This document shows positions 8,840 to 17,696 of a DNA stretch of 64,000 bases, piece after piece. Within the stretch, counting starts at the first letter, position 1; every line of letters begins with the position of its first letter. Source of the DNA: Thermoanaerobaculia bacterium (GTDB lineage: Bacteria; Acidobacteriota; Thermoanaerobaculia; Thermoanaerobaculales; Sulfomarinibacteraceae); NCBI GenBank assembly GCA_027061805.1, contig JAMOWA010000040.1, positions 50,974 to 114,973 of the forward strand. The letters run 5' to 3'. Made by a program: the position numbers and the translations under genes. The notes under the pieces are model-generated. The model saw only the letters and a list, made by a program, of their open reading frames with translations, was not told the origin of the DNA and ran no database searches.

Positions 8840-9609
8840 CGGTGGACCGGAGAACGTTCCTCAAGATCGCGGGCCTCGGAGCGCTGGGGACCACGGGGGT
8901 GTACTCGCTGCCCGTGCTGGGATCGCCGGAGAGCGGTCCGGGGGGGCACGGGGTGCCGGCCCCGGGTGGGACGCGGTGGGGCATGGTGATCGACCTGGCG
9001 GCGTGCCGCCACGACGAGGGGTGCCGGGACTGCATCGAGGTCTGCGGCAGGGTCCACAACGTCCCCCACCACGACGATCCCCGCCACGAGATCAAGTGGA
9101 TCTGGAAGGTGCCCTACCCCGAGGCCTTCCCCATGCAGCAGCACGAGTACCAGGAGCCGGCGCTGCTGGGGATGGCCGTCCCGGTGATGTGCAACCACTG
9201 CGACAACCCCCCCTGTGTGAGGGTCTGCCCCACACAGGCCACGTGGAAGCGGTCCGACGGGGTCGTCATGATGGACTGGCACCGCTGCATCGGCTGCCGC
9301 TACTGCATGGCGGCCTGCCCCTACGGCTCCCGGAGCTTCAACTGGGTGGAGCCCCGGGAGGCGCTGGAACACCAGGACCCCGGGTTCCCCACGCGGACCC
9401 GTGGCGTGGTGGAGAAGTGCAACTTCTGCGAGGAACGGCTGGCGAAGAACGAGCTTCCGGCCTGTGTGACCGCCTGCCCGCACGGGGCGCTGACCTTCGG
9501 CAACCTGGCGGACCCCGACTCGCCCGTGCGGCGGATCCTTGCGGGGCGCATGGCGATCCGCCGGAAGCCCTCCCTGGGGACCCACCCCGAAATCTTCTAC
9601 CTGGTGTGA
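8836..9609 (+). CDS. dsrO: DsrO, Tat-exported 4Fe-4S ferredoxin subunit
   Basis: Tat signal MTVDRRTFLKIAGLGALG. Cluster motifs CNHCDNPPCVRVCP, CIGCRYCMAACP and CNFCEERL..PACVTACP. ATGA overlap with the dsrJ stop. Confidence 0.9.
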   Translation: MTVDRRTFLKIAGLGALGTTGVYSLPVLGSPESGPGGHGVPAPGGTRWGMVIDLAACRHDEGCRDCIEVCGRVHNVPHHDDPRHEIKWIWKVPYPEAFPMQQHEYQEPALLGMAVPVMCNHCDNPPCVRVCPTQATWKRSDGVVMMDWHRCIGCRYCMAACPYGSRSFNWVEPREALEHQDPGFPTRTRGVVEKCNFCEERLAKNELPACVTACPHGALTFGNLADPDSPVRRILAGRMAIRRKPSLGTHPEIFYLV

Positions 9610-9616
9610 GGTGACC

Positions 9617-10774
9617 ATGCTGGAGAACGCCTTCCACGGAGACCGCCGGTACTGGACCTGGATCGGGTTCCTCCTCGTCCTCATGGGCGTCGGGGCCTTC
9701 TTCTACCTCCAGCAGCTGAGGTACGGCCTGGGAATCACCGGCATGAGCCGGGACGTGAGCTGGGGGTTCTACATCGCGCAGTTCACCTTCCTGGTGGGGA
9801 TCGCCGCCTCGGCCGTGATGGTGGTGCTGCCCTACTACCTCCACGACGTGAAGGTCTTCGGGCGGATCACGGTGCTCGGAGAGTTCATCGCCGTGTCGGC
9901 CGTCACCATGTGCCTGGCCTTCATCATCATCGACCTGGGCCAGCCCCAGCGGGCGCTCAACATGGTGCTCCACCCGAGTCCCCGGTCCATCCTCTTCTGG
10001 GACATGATCGTGCTCAACGGCTACCTGGTGCTCAACGTGATCATCACGAGGGTCACGCTGGACGCCGAGCGCAACGGCGAGGCGCCCCCGCGCTGGATCA
10101 GGCCGGTGATCATCCTGTCCATCCCCTGGGCCATCAGCATCCATACCGTGACGGCGTTCATCTACTCGGGCCTCGCGGCGCGGCCCTTCTGGATGACCGC
10201 CATCCTGGCGCCCCGATTCCTGGCCTCGGCCTTCTCCTCGGGTCCCGCCCTGCTGATCCTGCTCTGCCTGATCCTGATCCGCTTCACGAAGTTCGACCCG
10301 GGCTGGGAGGCCATCCAGAAGCTGGCCCTGGTGGTCACCTACGCGGTGCTGGCCAACATCTTCTTCGTGCTCATGGAGCTGTTCACGGCCCTGTACAGCG
10401 ACATTCCGGAACACCTCCTCCACTTCAGGTACCTCTACCTCGGCCTCGACGGGCACCACGAGCTGGTGCCCTGGATGTGGACGTCGGCCTTCCTGGTGGT
10501 GGCCTCGGCGGTCATCCTGGTGACCCCGAGGCTCCGGAGGCAGAAACGCTGGCTGGTGGCGGCCTGCATCGGCGTTGTGGTGGCCATGTGGATCGAGAAG
10601 GGCCTGGGGATGGTGGTCACGGGCTTCGTACCCTCGCCGCTCGAGACGGTGACCCGCTACGTTCCGACCTTCCCCGAGGTGGCCATCACCGTGTCCGTGT
10701 ACGCCCTGGGAGCCCTCATGGTGACGGTCTTCTATCGGATCGCCCTGTCCGTCCGCGGGGAGCTGGCGGGATAG
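9617..10774 (+). CDS. dsrP: DsrP, NrfD/PsrC-like integral membrane quinone-interacting subunit
   Basis: About 385-aa polytopic membrane protein directly after dsrO. Start set at ATG 9617 (MLENAFHGDRRYWTWIGFLLVL). Confidence 0.85.
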   Translation: MLENAFHGDRRYWTWIGFLLVLMGVGAFFYLQQLRYGLGITGMSRDVSWGFYIAQFTFLVGIAASAVMVVLPYYLHDVKVFGRITVLGEFIAVSAVTMCLAFIIIDLGQPQRALNMVLHPSPRSILFWDMIVLNGYLVLNVIITRVTLDAERNGEAPPRWIRPVIILSIPWAISIHTVTAFIYSGLAARPFWMTAILAPRFLASAFSSGPALLILLCLILIRFTKFDPGWEAIQKLALVVTYAVLANIFFVLMELFTALYSDIPEHLLHFRYLYLGLDGHHELVPWMWTSAFLVVASAVILVTPRLRRQKRWLVAACIGVVVAMWIEKGLGMVVTGFVPSPLETVTRYVPTFPEVAITVSVYALGALMVTVFYRIALSVRGELAG

Positions 10775-10783
10775 GGAGGCGGG

Positions 10784-12451
10784 GTGGGCGCCGCGGCGCG
10801 CTCCGTTGTGGTGGTCGGCGCCTCGGCGGCGGGGCTCCGGTGCGCGTGCCGGCTGGCGAGGCTCCAGCCCTCCTGGGACGTCCTGGTGGTGGAGGAGCGG
10901 GAGGTCTTCTCGTACGGGGCCTGCGGCCTGCCCTACGTGCTCTCGGGGGACATCGGCGAGGCCGAGGAGGTCCGGAGGACCGCCTGGGGCGTGGTCCGCG
11001 ACGCGGAGTTCTTCGACGCCTGCAAGGGCGTGAGGGTACTCCCGGCGACGCGCGCCGTGGAGGTCCGTGACGGGGTGCTCGCCGTGGAGGGCCCGTCGGG
11101 CCGTGAGGAGCTCCCCTGGGACGAGCTCGTCCTGGCCACCGGCGCCCGGGCCCGCCGCCTTCCCGGCCAGCCCGACCATCCCGCGGTCCGCACCTTCCAC
11201 ACCTGGGACGACGTGGAGCCGCTCAGGGAGGGGCTGATCCGGGGCCGCATCGGGTCCGTGGCCGTCGTGGGCGCCGGGCCCATCGGGTGTGAGCTGGCGG
11301 AGGCGTTCGTGGCCATGTGGGGGGCGGAGGTGACGCTGCTGGAGGCCATGGCCCACCCCCTCCCCGGCCTGCTGGGTCCCGAGGCCGCCGCGGTGGCCAC
11401 CGGTGTCCTCAAGAGCGAGGGTGTCGCGGTGCGTTGCGGTGCCCCCGTGGAGGCCATCGAGCCCGCCGGGGAGGGCGTGGTGGTGACCGCGGGGGGAGAA
11501 CGGCATGCGGTGGACACCGTGGTGGTGGCCGTCGGGGTGGAGCCCGCCGTGGAGCTGGCCCGCACCGCCGGCGCGGCCCTGGGACCCACCGGCGCCATCG
11601 CGGTGGACGAGCGTCTCGCCACCAGCGTGCCCCACGTCTGGGCGGCCGGCGACTGCATCGAGTGCCGCCACGCCGTCACGGACGGCCCGGTCCACCTCCC
11701 CCTGGGGTCGCTGGCGAACCGCCAGGGGAGGATCCTCGCCAACGTCCTGGCGGGGCGGGACGACCGGTTCGGACCCGTGGCGGGTTCGGTGGCGGTGAAG
11801 GTCTTCGACCTGGAGGTGGCGGCGGTGGGCTGCTCCCTGGAGCGGTCCCTGGCCCACGGTCTCGATGCCGCGGCCGTCTGGATGACCACGGACGCTGCGG
11901 CCCACTACTGGCCGGAGTCCTCGAACCTCCACCTCTGCCTGGTGTACGAGAGGGGCACGGGGCGCGTGCTGGGCCTCCAGGCGGTGGGGCGCCGTGGTGC
12001 GGTCCGGGCCGTGGACGTGGCGGCCCAGCTGGTGGCCCGCGGGGGGACCCTCGGGGAGCTGGAGCACCTGGAGCATGCCTACGCGCCGCCCTTCGCACCG
12101 GCCCTGGACCCCGTGGCTGTGGCGGCCTCCGTGGCGCTCAACGCCTGCGAGGGCGTGACCTGCACCGGACCGCTGGAGCCACCCCCCGGCCGGGTCCTCG
12201 ATGTCCGGCTTCCCGAGGAGATCGGGGAACGCAGGACCCCGTTCCGCGAGGTGCTGGAGCTCCCCCTGCACGAGCTCCGCCGGGCAGAGGTGCCCGGCGG
12301 TCCCGGGGAGCTTCTGGTGGTGTGCGAGCGCGGGACCCGCTCGGCGGAGGCCGTGAGGCTCCTGGCAGCCCGCGGGGTGACCGCGCGCTACCTGGGGGGC
12401 GGCCTCCTGTGGCGGTGGGCTGCCGGGAACGGACAGGGGGGGGCGTCGTGA
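10784..12451 (+). CDS. CoA-disulfide reductase / NADH-dependent persulfide reductase-like flavoprotein with C-terminal rhodanese domain
   Basis: FAD fold VVVVGASAAGLRCA, redox Cys in SYGACGLPY, second Rossmann motif VAVVGAGPIGCE and AAGDC. The C-terminal rhodanese loop is VVCERGTRS (CxxxxR[ST]). GTG start lies after GGGAGG. Confidence 0.8.
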   Translation: MGAAARSVVVVGASAAGLRCACRLARLQPSWDVLVVEEREVFSYGACGLPYVLSGDIGEAEEVRRTAWGVVRDAEFFDACKGVRVLPATRAVEVRDGVLAVEGPSGREELPWDELVLATGARARRLPGQPDHPAVRTFHTWDDVEPLREGLIRGRIGSVAVVGAGPIGCELAEAFVAMWGAEVTLLEAMAHPLPGLLGPEAAAVATGVLKSEGVAVRCGAPVEAIEPAGEGVVVTAGGERHAVDTVVVAVGVEPAVELARTAGAALGPTGAIAVDERLATSVPHVWAAGDCIECRHAVTDGPVHLPLGSLANRQGRILANVLAGRDDRFGPVAGSVAVKVFDLEVAAVGCSLERSLAHGLDAAAVWMTTDAAAHYWPESSNLHLCLVYERGTGRVLGLQAVGRRGAVRAVDVAAQLVARGGTLGELEHLEHAYAPPFAPALDPVAVAASVALNACEGVTCTGPLEPPPGRVLDVRLPEEIGERRTPFREVLELPLHELRRAEVPGGPGELLVVCERGTRSAEAVRLLAARGVTARYLGGGLLWRWAAGNGQGGAS

Positions 12452-13497
12452 GCGTTTCCGGAGCCGGCATCGTGCAGGTGGGCCTCGACCACAGGGACGT
12501 GGGCGCGGAGGCCTACGAGCGCCTGCTGGCCTCGGGATGGTGTTCCGGCCGGCCGGAGCTGCCCGTGGGTGCCGGCATGGTGGCGCTGGCCACCTGCCAC
12601 CGCCGGGAGCTCTACCTGGAGGGGGTGGATCCGGCGCGGGCCCTGGCGCTCTTCGGCGAGTGGGCCGGGGCGGTGGCACCGCCGGAGATCCCCCCGCGGA
12701 TCCGGGTGGGTGTGGAGGCCGGGCGTCACCTGCTCCGCGTCACGGCGGGGCTGGAGTCGGCAGTGCTGGGGGAGGACCAGATCCTGGGGCAGGCCCGGGA
12801 GGCCTACCGGCGCGCCTGTGCCGACCGGCGGGCGGGCCCGGTCCTCCACCGTCTGTTCCACGCCGCGTTCCGGGCGGGCAAGCGCGTCCGGACCGAGACG
12901 GAGCTCGGCCGGGGGGGGCGTTCCCTGGCCGGTGTGGCGGTGTCCTGGCTCGCGTCGGCCGTGGGCGGCCTGAAGGGACGGCGGGTTCTCGTGCTCGGTG
13001 CCGGCGAGATGGCGGCCGTTGCGGCGCAGCGGCTGGTCAGGCGGGGAGCCGGCGAGCTCGTGGTGGCCAACCGGACGCTGGAGCGGGCCCGGGAGCTGGT
13101 CCGCCGGGCGGGGGGGCGAGCGGTCCCCTGGAGCTGGTGGCCCGGGCTGCTCGCGGAGATGGACGGTCTCGTGTGCGCCACCGGCGCCCCGGAGCCCGTG
13201 GTCCGGCGGGAGCACCTGGGGCCGGCCGTGGGACGGCTGGCGGTGGTGGATCTCGCCGTGCCGCGGAACGTGGAGGTGCCGGAGGAGCGGGATCGTGGGG
13301 TGGTGGTGGCCGGGGTGAGCGAGCTGGTGGGCCGGCTGGCCGGCGAGGAGAGGGCGCGCTCCGCCTCCGTGGGGGCCGCGGAGCGGATCGTTGAGGAAGA
13401 GCTCGGAACGTGGACCGGATGGCTGCAGGCCAGGGGAGAGGGGGCCGTCCGGCGGGGTAGGGGTACAGGAGGGCGAAGGGTTGTGAGCGCCGGCTGA
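12448..13497 (+). CDS. hemA: Glutamyl-tRNA reductase
   Basis: ATCHRRELY (catalytic Cys motif), GLESAVLGEDQILGQ and NAD(P)-binding VLVLGAGEMA. GTG 12448 overlaps the upstream stop (GTGA). At 349 aa it is short at the C-terminal dimerisation end. Confidence 0.8.
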   Translation: MSVSGAGIVQVGLDHRDVGAEAYERLLASGWCSGRPELPVGAGMVALATCHRRELYLEGVDPARALALFGEWAGAVAPPEIPPRIRVGVEAGRHLLRVTAGLESAVLGEDQILGQAREAYRRACADRRAGPVLHRLFHAAFRAGKRVRTETELGRGGRSLAGVAVSWLASAVGGLKGRRVLVLGAGEMAAVAAQRLVRRGAGELVVANRTLERARELVRRAGGRAVPWSWWPGLLAEMDGLVCATGAPEPVVRREHLGPAVGRLAVVDLAVPRNVEVPEERDRGVVVAGVSELVGRLAGEERARSASVGAAERIVEEELGTWTGWLQARGEGAVRRGRGTGGRRVVSAG

Positions 13498-13540
13498 GGC
13501 CGGGGACACTCGAGCGCCCGGAAACGGCAGGGGGGGAACG

Positions 13541-15316
13541 ATGTTTCCGGTGATGTTGCAGGTGGCTGGGCGATCCTGCCTGGTGGTGGGTGGGGGGGGT
13601 GTCGCCCTGCGCAAGGCCCAGGCCCTGGTGGCGGAGGGGGCGAAGGTGACGGTGGTGGCGCCCGAGGTGGTGGCGCCCCTGGAGGAGATGGCCGCACGGG
13701 GGGAGCTCGAGATCGAGCGGCGGCCCTACAGGCCGGGAGAGGCGGCGGGCCACCGGCTCGTCCTGGCGGCCACCGATGACCGCGAGGTGAACCGGCGCGT
13801 CTTCGACGACGGCGAGGCCGCGGGGGTCTGGGTCAACGTGGCGGACGACCCGGAGCTCTGCGCCTTCCACCTGCCGGGGCGGGTCAGGAGGGGGAGCCTG
13901 GAGATCGACATCTCCTCCGGAGGGAACGCCCCCTTCGCCGTGCGGCGGCTCAGGAGCCTCTTCGAGGCCCGCCTCGAACCCGAGTGGAGCGAGTGGATGG
14001 AGGCCGCGGCGCGGTTCCGCCGGATGGTGCTGGCCAGTGGCCTGGACCGGGCCGCCCAGGAGGCGGCCTTCGATCGCTTCATGGAGCGGACGGTGGACGG
14101 CGAGACCCTGCGGATCCGGGTGCCCGGCGATGAGGAGATGGCCTCGTGGATCGGATCGGGACCCAGCCGGGAGGGCGCCGCACCCACGGGTTCACCGGAA
14201 CCCTGTGGCCCGGAACGCGACGGGAAGGGGTTCGTCACGCTGGTGGGGGCGGGCCCCGGGTGCCCGGGGCTGCTGACGGTCCGGGGGAGGCGGCGTCTCA
14301 TGGAGGCCGACGCGGTGGTGTTCGACCGGCTGGCGACCGGTGCGCTGCCCACGGACCTTCCTCCCGAGACCGAGCTGCACCCCGTGGGCAAGACCGCCGG
14401 ACGCCACCCCGTGCCCCAGGAGGAGATCGTCGCCCTGCTGCTCCGGCTGGCCCGCGAGGGCAGGAAGGTCGTCCGGCTCAAGGGCGGGGATCCCTACATC
14501 TTCGGCAGGGGCGCGGAGGAGGCCGCGGTCCTGGCCTCGGCCGGGGTGCCCTTCGAGGTGGTCCCGGGGGTCACCTCGGGGATCGGTGGCCTGGCGTGGG
14601 CCGGGATTCCCGCCACCAACCGGCGGGAGGCGGTCCGGGTGACCCTCCTGACCGCCCATGAGTGCAGCAAGCCGGAGGGTTCCCAGGTGCGCTGGGACCT
14701 GCTGGCCAGGGACCCGGCCGCCACCCTCGTGGGGTACATGGGCCTCACGGTGCTGCCCGACGTGGTCGCCCGGCTCCTGGAGGAGGGAATGGACCCGGCG
14801 ACGCCGGCGGCCGTGGTGGAGAGGGCGGCCACCTCGGCCCAGCGGAGGGTCGTCGCCACGCTCTCCGGGCTTCCAGAGGCGGTGGCCGCGGCGGGCCTGA
14901 GGCCCCCGGCGCTCTTCGTGATCGGCCCCACGGTTCGCCACGCGGAGGAGCTGGACTGGTTCGCCCGGCGGCCCCTGGCAGGGCAGCGCCTGGCGGTGAT
15001 GGCCCGTCACAGGGAGCTCGTGGAGGCCCTGGAGGACGGAGGCGCCGAGGTGGTGGTCCTGCCGTTGCCGGTGACGCCCGCCGCGCGGCTCGTGGCGGCG
15101 TGCCGGCCCCTGACGGGGTGTGTCCTGCTGGACCCTGCCGAGGTGGAGGTGATGGACGAGGAACGTCAGGCCGGGGCCTGGGGGGACGATCCTGTGGCAT
15201 GGTGTGTGGGAGAGCCGGCCGCACAGCGGGCGCGGGACCTGGGGTGGCCCCGGGTGTGGTCGCTTTCCGTGGAGGTGGGCTGTGAACGCCTGGTGGACGA
15301 GATCGCCGCTCGGTAG
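13541..15316 (+). CDS. cysG: Siroheme synthase-like fusion: precorrin-2 dehydrogenase/ferrochelatase + uroporphyrinogen-III C-methyltransferase + partial HemD-like tail
   Basis: N-terminus CLVVGGGGVALRKAQALVAEGAKVTVVAP (SirC/Met8-type Rossmann fold). Middle region VTLVGAGPGCPGLLTVRG..VVRLKGGDPYIFGRG..VVPGVTS (SUMT). The last ~110 aa resemble half of a uroporphyrinogen-III synthase. Confidence 0.8.
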   Translation: MFPVMLQVAGRSCLVVGGGGVALRKAQALVAEGAKVTVVAPEVVAPLEEMAARGELEIERRPYRPGEAAGHRLVLAATDDREVNRRVFDDGEAAGVWVNVADDPELCAFHLPGRVRRGSLEIDISSGGNAPFAVRRLRSLFEARLEPEWSEWMEAAARFRRMVLASGLDRAAQEAAFDRFMERTVDGETLRIRVPGDEEMASWIGSGPSREGAAPTGSPEPCGPERDGKGFVTLVGAGPGCPGLLTVRGRRRLMEADAVVFDRLATGALPTDLPPETELHPVGKTAGRHPVPQEEIVALLLRLAREGRKVVRLKGGDPYIFGRGAEEAAVLASAGVPFEVVPGVTSGIGGLAWAGIPATNRREAVRVTLLTAHECSKPEGSQVRWDLLARDPAATLVGYMGLTVLPDVVARLLEEGMDPATPAAVVERAATSAQRRVVATLSGLPEAVAAAGLRPPALFVIGPTVRHAEELDWFARRPLAGQRLAVMARHRELVEALEDGGAEVVVLPLPVTPAARLVAACRPLTGCVLLDPAEVEVMDEERQAGAWGDDPVAWCVGEPAAQRARDLGWPRVWSLSVEVGCERLVDEIAAR

Positions 15317-16220
15317 GGCCGTGCTGGGGGTGGTCCTGGTTCTTTCGGCCGGGATCGCTGCCGGTGGGATGCAGCGGGCCGGAGGGCCGGCTCCACGGGT
15401 CGAGCCGCTGCGCCTGGGGGTGGTCGGGTTCTACAACCCCAGGCTCATGTACCTGAAGTACCAGGAGCTGGTGGACTACCTGACGGAGACCACGGGGCGG
15501 AGGTGGGAGCTGGTCATCGGATCCAGCTACGAGGAGACCGTGGAGGGGCTGTGCTCGGGGACGCTGGACCTGGCGTACCTGGGTCCCTTCACCTACGTGC
15601 AGGCCCACGCCCGGTGCGGTGCCCTGCCGGTGGTGCGATTGCGGACACTGGGCCGGGAGACCTATCGGAGCCTCATGCTCGTGCGAACGGACAGCCCCAT
15701 CCGGGAGGTCTCGGACCTCGGGGGCAGGCGTTTCGGGTTCGGGTCTCCCCTCTCCACCTCCTCCCACCTGGTGCCGCGGGCGATCCTCATGGAGGCGGGC
15801 CTTGCTGCGGGCAAGGATGTGGAGTGCCGGTACTTCCGGCATCACGAACGGGCGGCCCGGGCCGTGCTCCTTGGCGAGGTGGAGGCCTGCGGCGTCCGTG
15901 ACATCGTGGGGGAGAAGTACGTGGGTCGGGGCCTGAGGGTGCTGGCGCGCTCGGATCCGATCCCGAACTTCCCGCTGGTGGTGGGACCGGGCGACGACGG
16001 CACCATCCGCCGGATGATCGTCCGGGCGCTGCTGGAGGTGCCGCAGAAGGAGCCGGCCGTCCGTGCGAGGATGGGGTGCTGGGACCGGGAGCTTGCCGGG
16101 GGGTTCCTGCCGGCAGCCGATGCCGACTACGACGGGGTGAGGGTCCTGGCCAGGCGGGTCTTCGGTCCCCGGGCGCTGCTGCTCGGGCCCGGGGCGCTGC
16201 AGTGCGGGGGAGGTGACTGA
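15282..16220 (+). CDS. PhnD-like (phosphonate-type) periplasmic solute-binding protein, sensor-associated
   Basis: LRLGVVGFYNPRLMYLKYQELVDYL..LDLAYLGPFTYV..GFGSPLSTSSHLVPR fits the type-2 PBP Phosphonate-bd family. Start is uncertain (GTG 15282 overlapping cysG, or GTG 15321). Confidence 0.7.
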   Translation: MNAWWTRSPLGRAVLGVVLVLSAGIAAGGMQRAGGPAPRVEPLRLGVVGFYNPRLMYLKYQELVDYLTETTGRRWELVIGSSYEETVEGLCSGTLDLAYLGPFTYVQAHARCGALPVVRLRTLGRETYRSLMLVRTDSPIREVSDLGGRRFGFGSPLSTSSHLVPRAILMEAGLAAGKDVECRYFRHHERAARAVLLGEVEACGVRDIVGEKYVGRGLRVLARSDPIPNFPLVVGPGDDGTIRRMIVRALLEVPQKEPAVRARMGCWDRELAGGFLPAADADYDGVRVLARRVFGPRALLLGPGALQCGGGD

Positions 16221-16223
16221 TCC

Positions 16224-17696
16224 ATGTTCCGGCTGGGCCTCCGGGCCAAGTTCTTCCTGTACTCCAACACCCTCATCGTGGTGACCATGATGCTGGTGAC
16301 CGCGCTGGCCCTGGTCCACGAGAAGAGGCTGCGGTACGAGGCCATCGAGAAGAGGGGCCTCTCGCTGACGGAGGCACTGGCCATTCCCATCACCGACGCG
16401 CTGCTCTACGAGGAGATGGGCCTCGTGGAGGAGAGCGGGCTCATCGAGAACTACATCGAGGAGATCCTGGGGCGCAACCGGGACCTCATGCGGTACGTGA
16501 TCGTGACCGATCCTCAGGGGATCGTGACCCACACCAACCGGTGGGAGCTGCTCGGCAAGCGGTTCGACCGGGCCGTGGGACGGGAGGCCATCGGCAGGGA
16601 GCCCATCGTCGAGGCGCGTGTCACGGAGGACGGGGAAAGGGTCCTGGAGGTGCGGGCACCCCTGGCCATCTCAACCCGGTTCTGGGGCTCCATCACCGTG
16701 GGGTACTCGCTCCGGGCCATCGACCGGGAGATCCGGGAGCTGGCGCGGAAGGCGGCCATCATCGCCCTCATCCTCATGCTGGGAAACTCCATCATGACCG
16801 CCCTCTACGTGGAGACGCTCATCCGCCCGATCCTGGGGCTCTACCGCACCATGCGCCGGGCGGCCCGTGGCGACCTCACCGTGCGGGCGGACGACCGGAG
16901 GGCGGACGAGGTGGGAGGGCTGGCCCGGGCGTTCAACCACATGATGGACGAGCTGGAGGAGGCCAGGGAGCGGGAGAAGGCCCAGCAGGCCCAGCTGGCC
17001 CACACCGAGAAGATGGCTGCCGTGGGCACCCTCGCCGCCGGCGTGGCGCACGAGGTGAACAACCCGCTGGCGGGGATCCTCGGTTGCATCGAGAACCTGC
17101 GGGCCCATCCCGACGACGAGGAGATGCGGTACCGGTACCTGGACCTCATCGCAGACGGTGTGAAGCGGATCGAACGGACGGTCTCGAACCTGCTGGACTT
17201 CTCCAGGCCCCGTCCCATGCAGCCGGTTCCCACGTCGATCAACCACAATCTCCGGCATGTCATGGAGCTCACGGAGTACCAGGTGAGGAAGGCGGGGGTG
17301 GAGGTCCGGCTTCACCTCGACCCGTCCGAACCGCTGGTGCTGGCCGACCACTTCCAGATGGAGCAGCTGTTCCTGAACCTGGTGCTCAACGCCCTCCAGG
17401 CCATGCCCGACGGCGGTGAGCTGACCCTGAACACATCCCGCCGGGACGGGCAGGTTGTGATCGAGGTCCGGGACACCGGGGAGGGCATTCCACCGGAGGT
17501 CCTCGAGAGGATCTTCGATCCATTCTTCACCACCCGCGGGGTCGGGGAGGGGACCGGCCTGGGACTCACGGTGAGTGACACCATCGTCCGGTCACACCGC
17601 GGGACCATCGAGGTGGAGAGCACCGTGGGCCGGGGGACGGTGGTCCGTGTGACCCTTCCCGAGCTCTCGGATGCCGACGACGAAGGGGGTGCGTGA
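16224..17696 (+). CDS. Sensor histidine kinase (2 TM, periplasmic domain, HAMP, HisKA, HATPase)
   Basis: TM segments TLIVVTMMLVTALALV and AAIIALILMLGNSIMTALYV, H-box AAGVAHEVNNPL, N/G boxes LNLVLNALQA and DTGEGI..GTGLGL. Confidence 0.9.
   Translation: MFRLGLRAKFFLYSNTLIVVTMMLVTALALVHEKRLRYEAIEKRGLSLTEALAIPITDALLYEEMGLVEESGLIENYIEEILGRNRDLMRYVIVTDPQGIVTHTNRWELLGKRFDRAVGREAIGREPIVEARVTEDGERVLEVRAPLAISTRFWGSITVGYSLRAIDREIRELARKAAIIALILMLGNSIMTALYVETLIRPILGLYRTMRRAARGDLTVRADDRRADEVGGLARAFNHMMDELEEAREREKAQQAQLAHTEKMAAVGTLAAGVAHEVNNPLAGILGCIENLRAHPDDEEMRYRYLDLIADGVKRIERTVSNLLDFSRPRPMQPVPTSINHNLRHVMELTEYQVRKAGVEVRLHLDPSEPLVLADHFQMEQLFLNLVLNALQAMPDGGELTLNTSRRDGQVVIEVRDTGEGIPPEVLERIFDPFFTTRGVGEGTGLGLTVSDTIVRSHRGTIEVESTVGRGTVVRVTLPELSDADDEGGA

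Noticed and set aside
8829-9614. 261-aa alternative frame over dsrO
   Set aside because: The frame starting at 8836 carries the Tat signal and three ferredoxin cluster motifs, and this frame has none.
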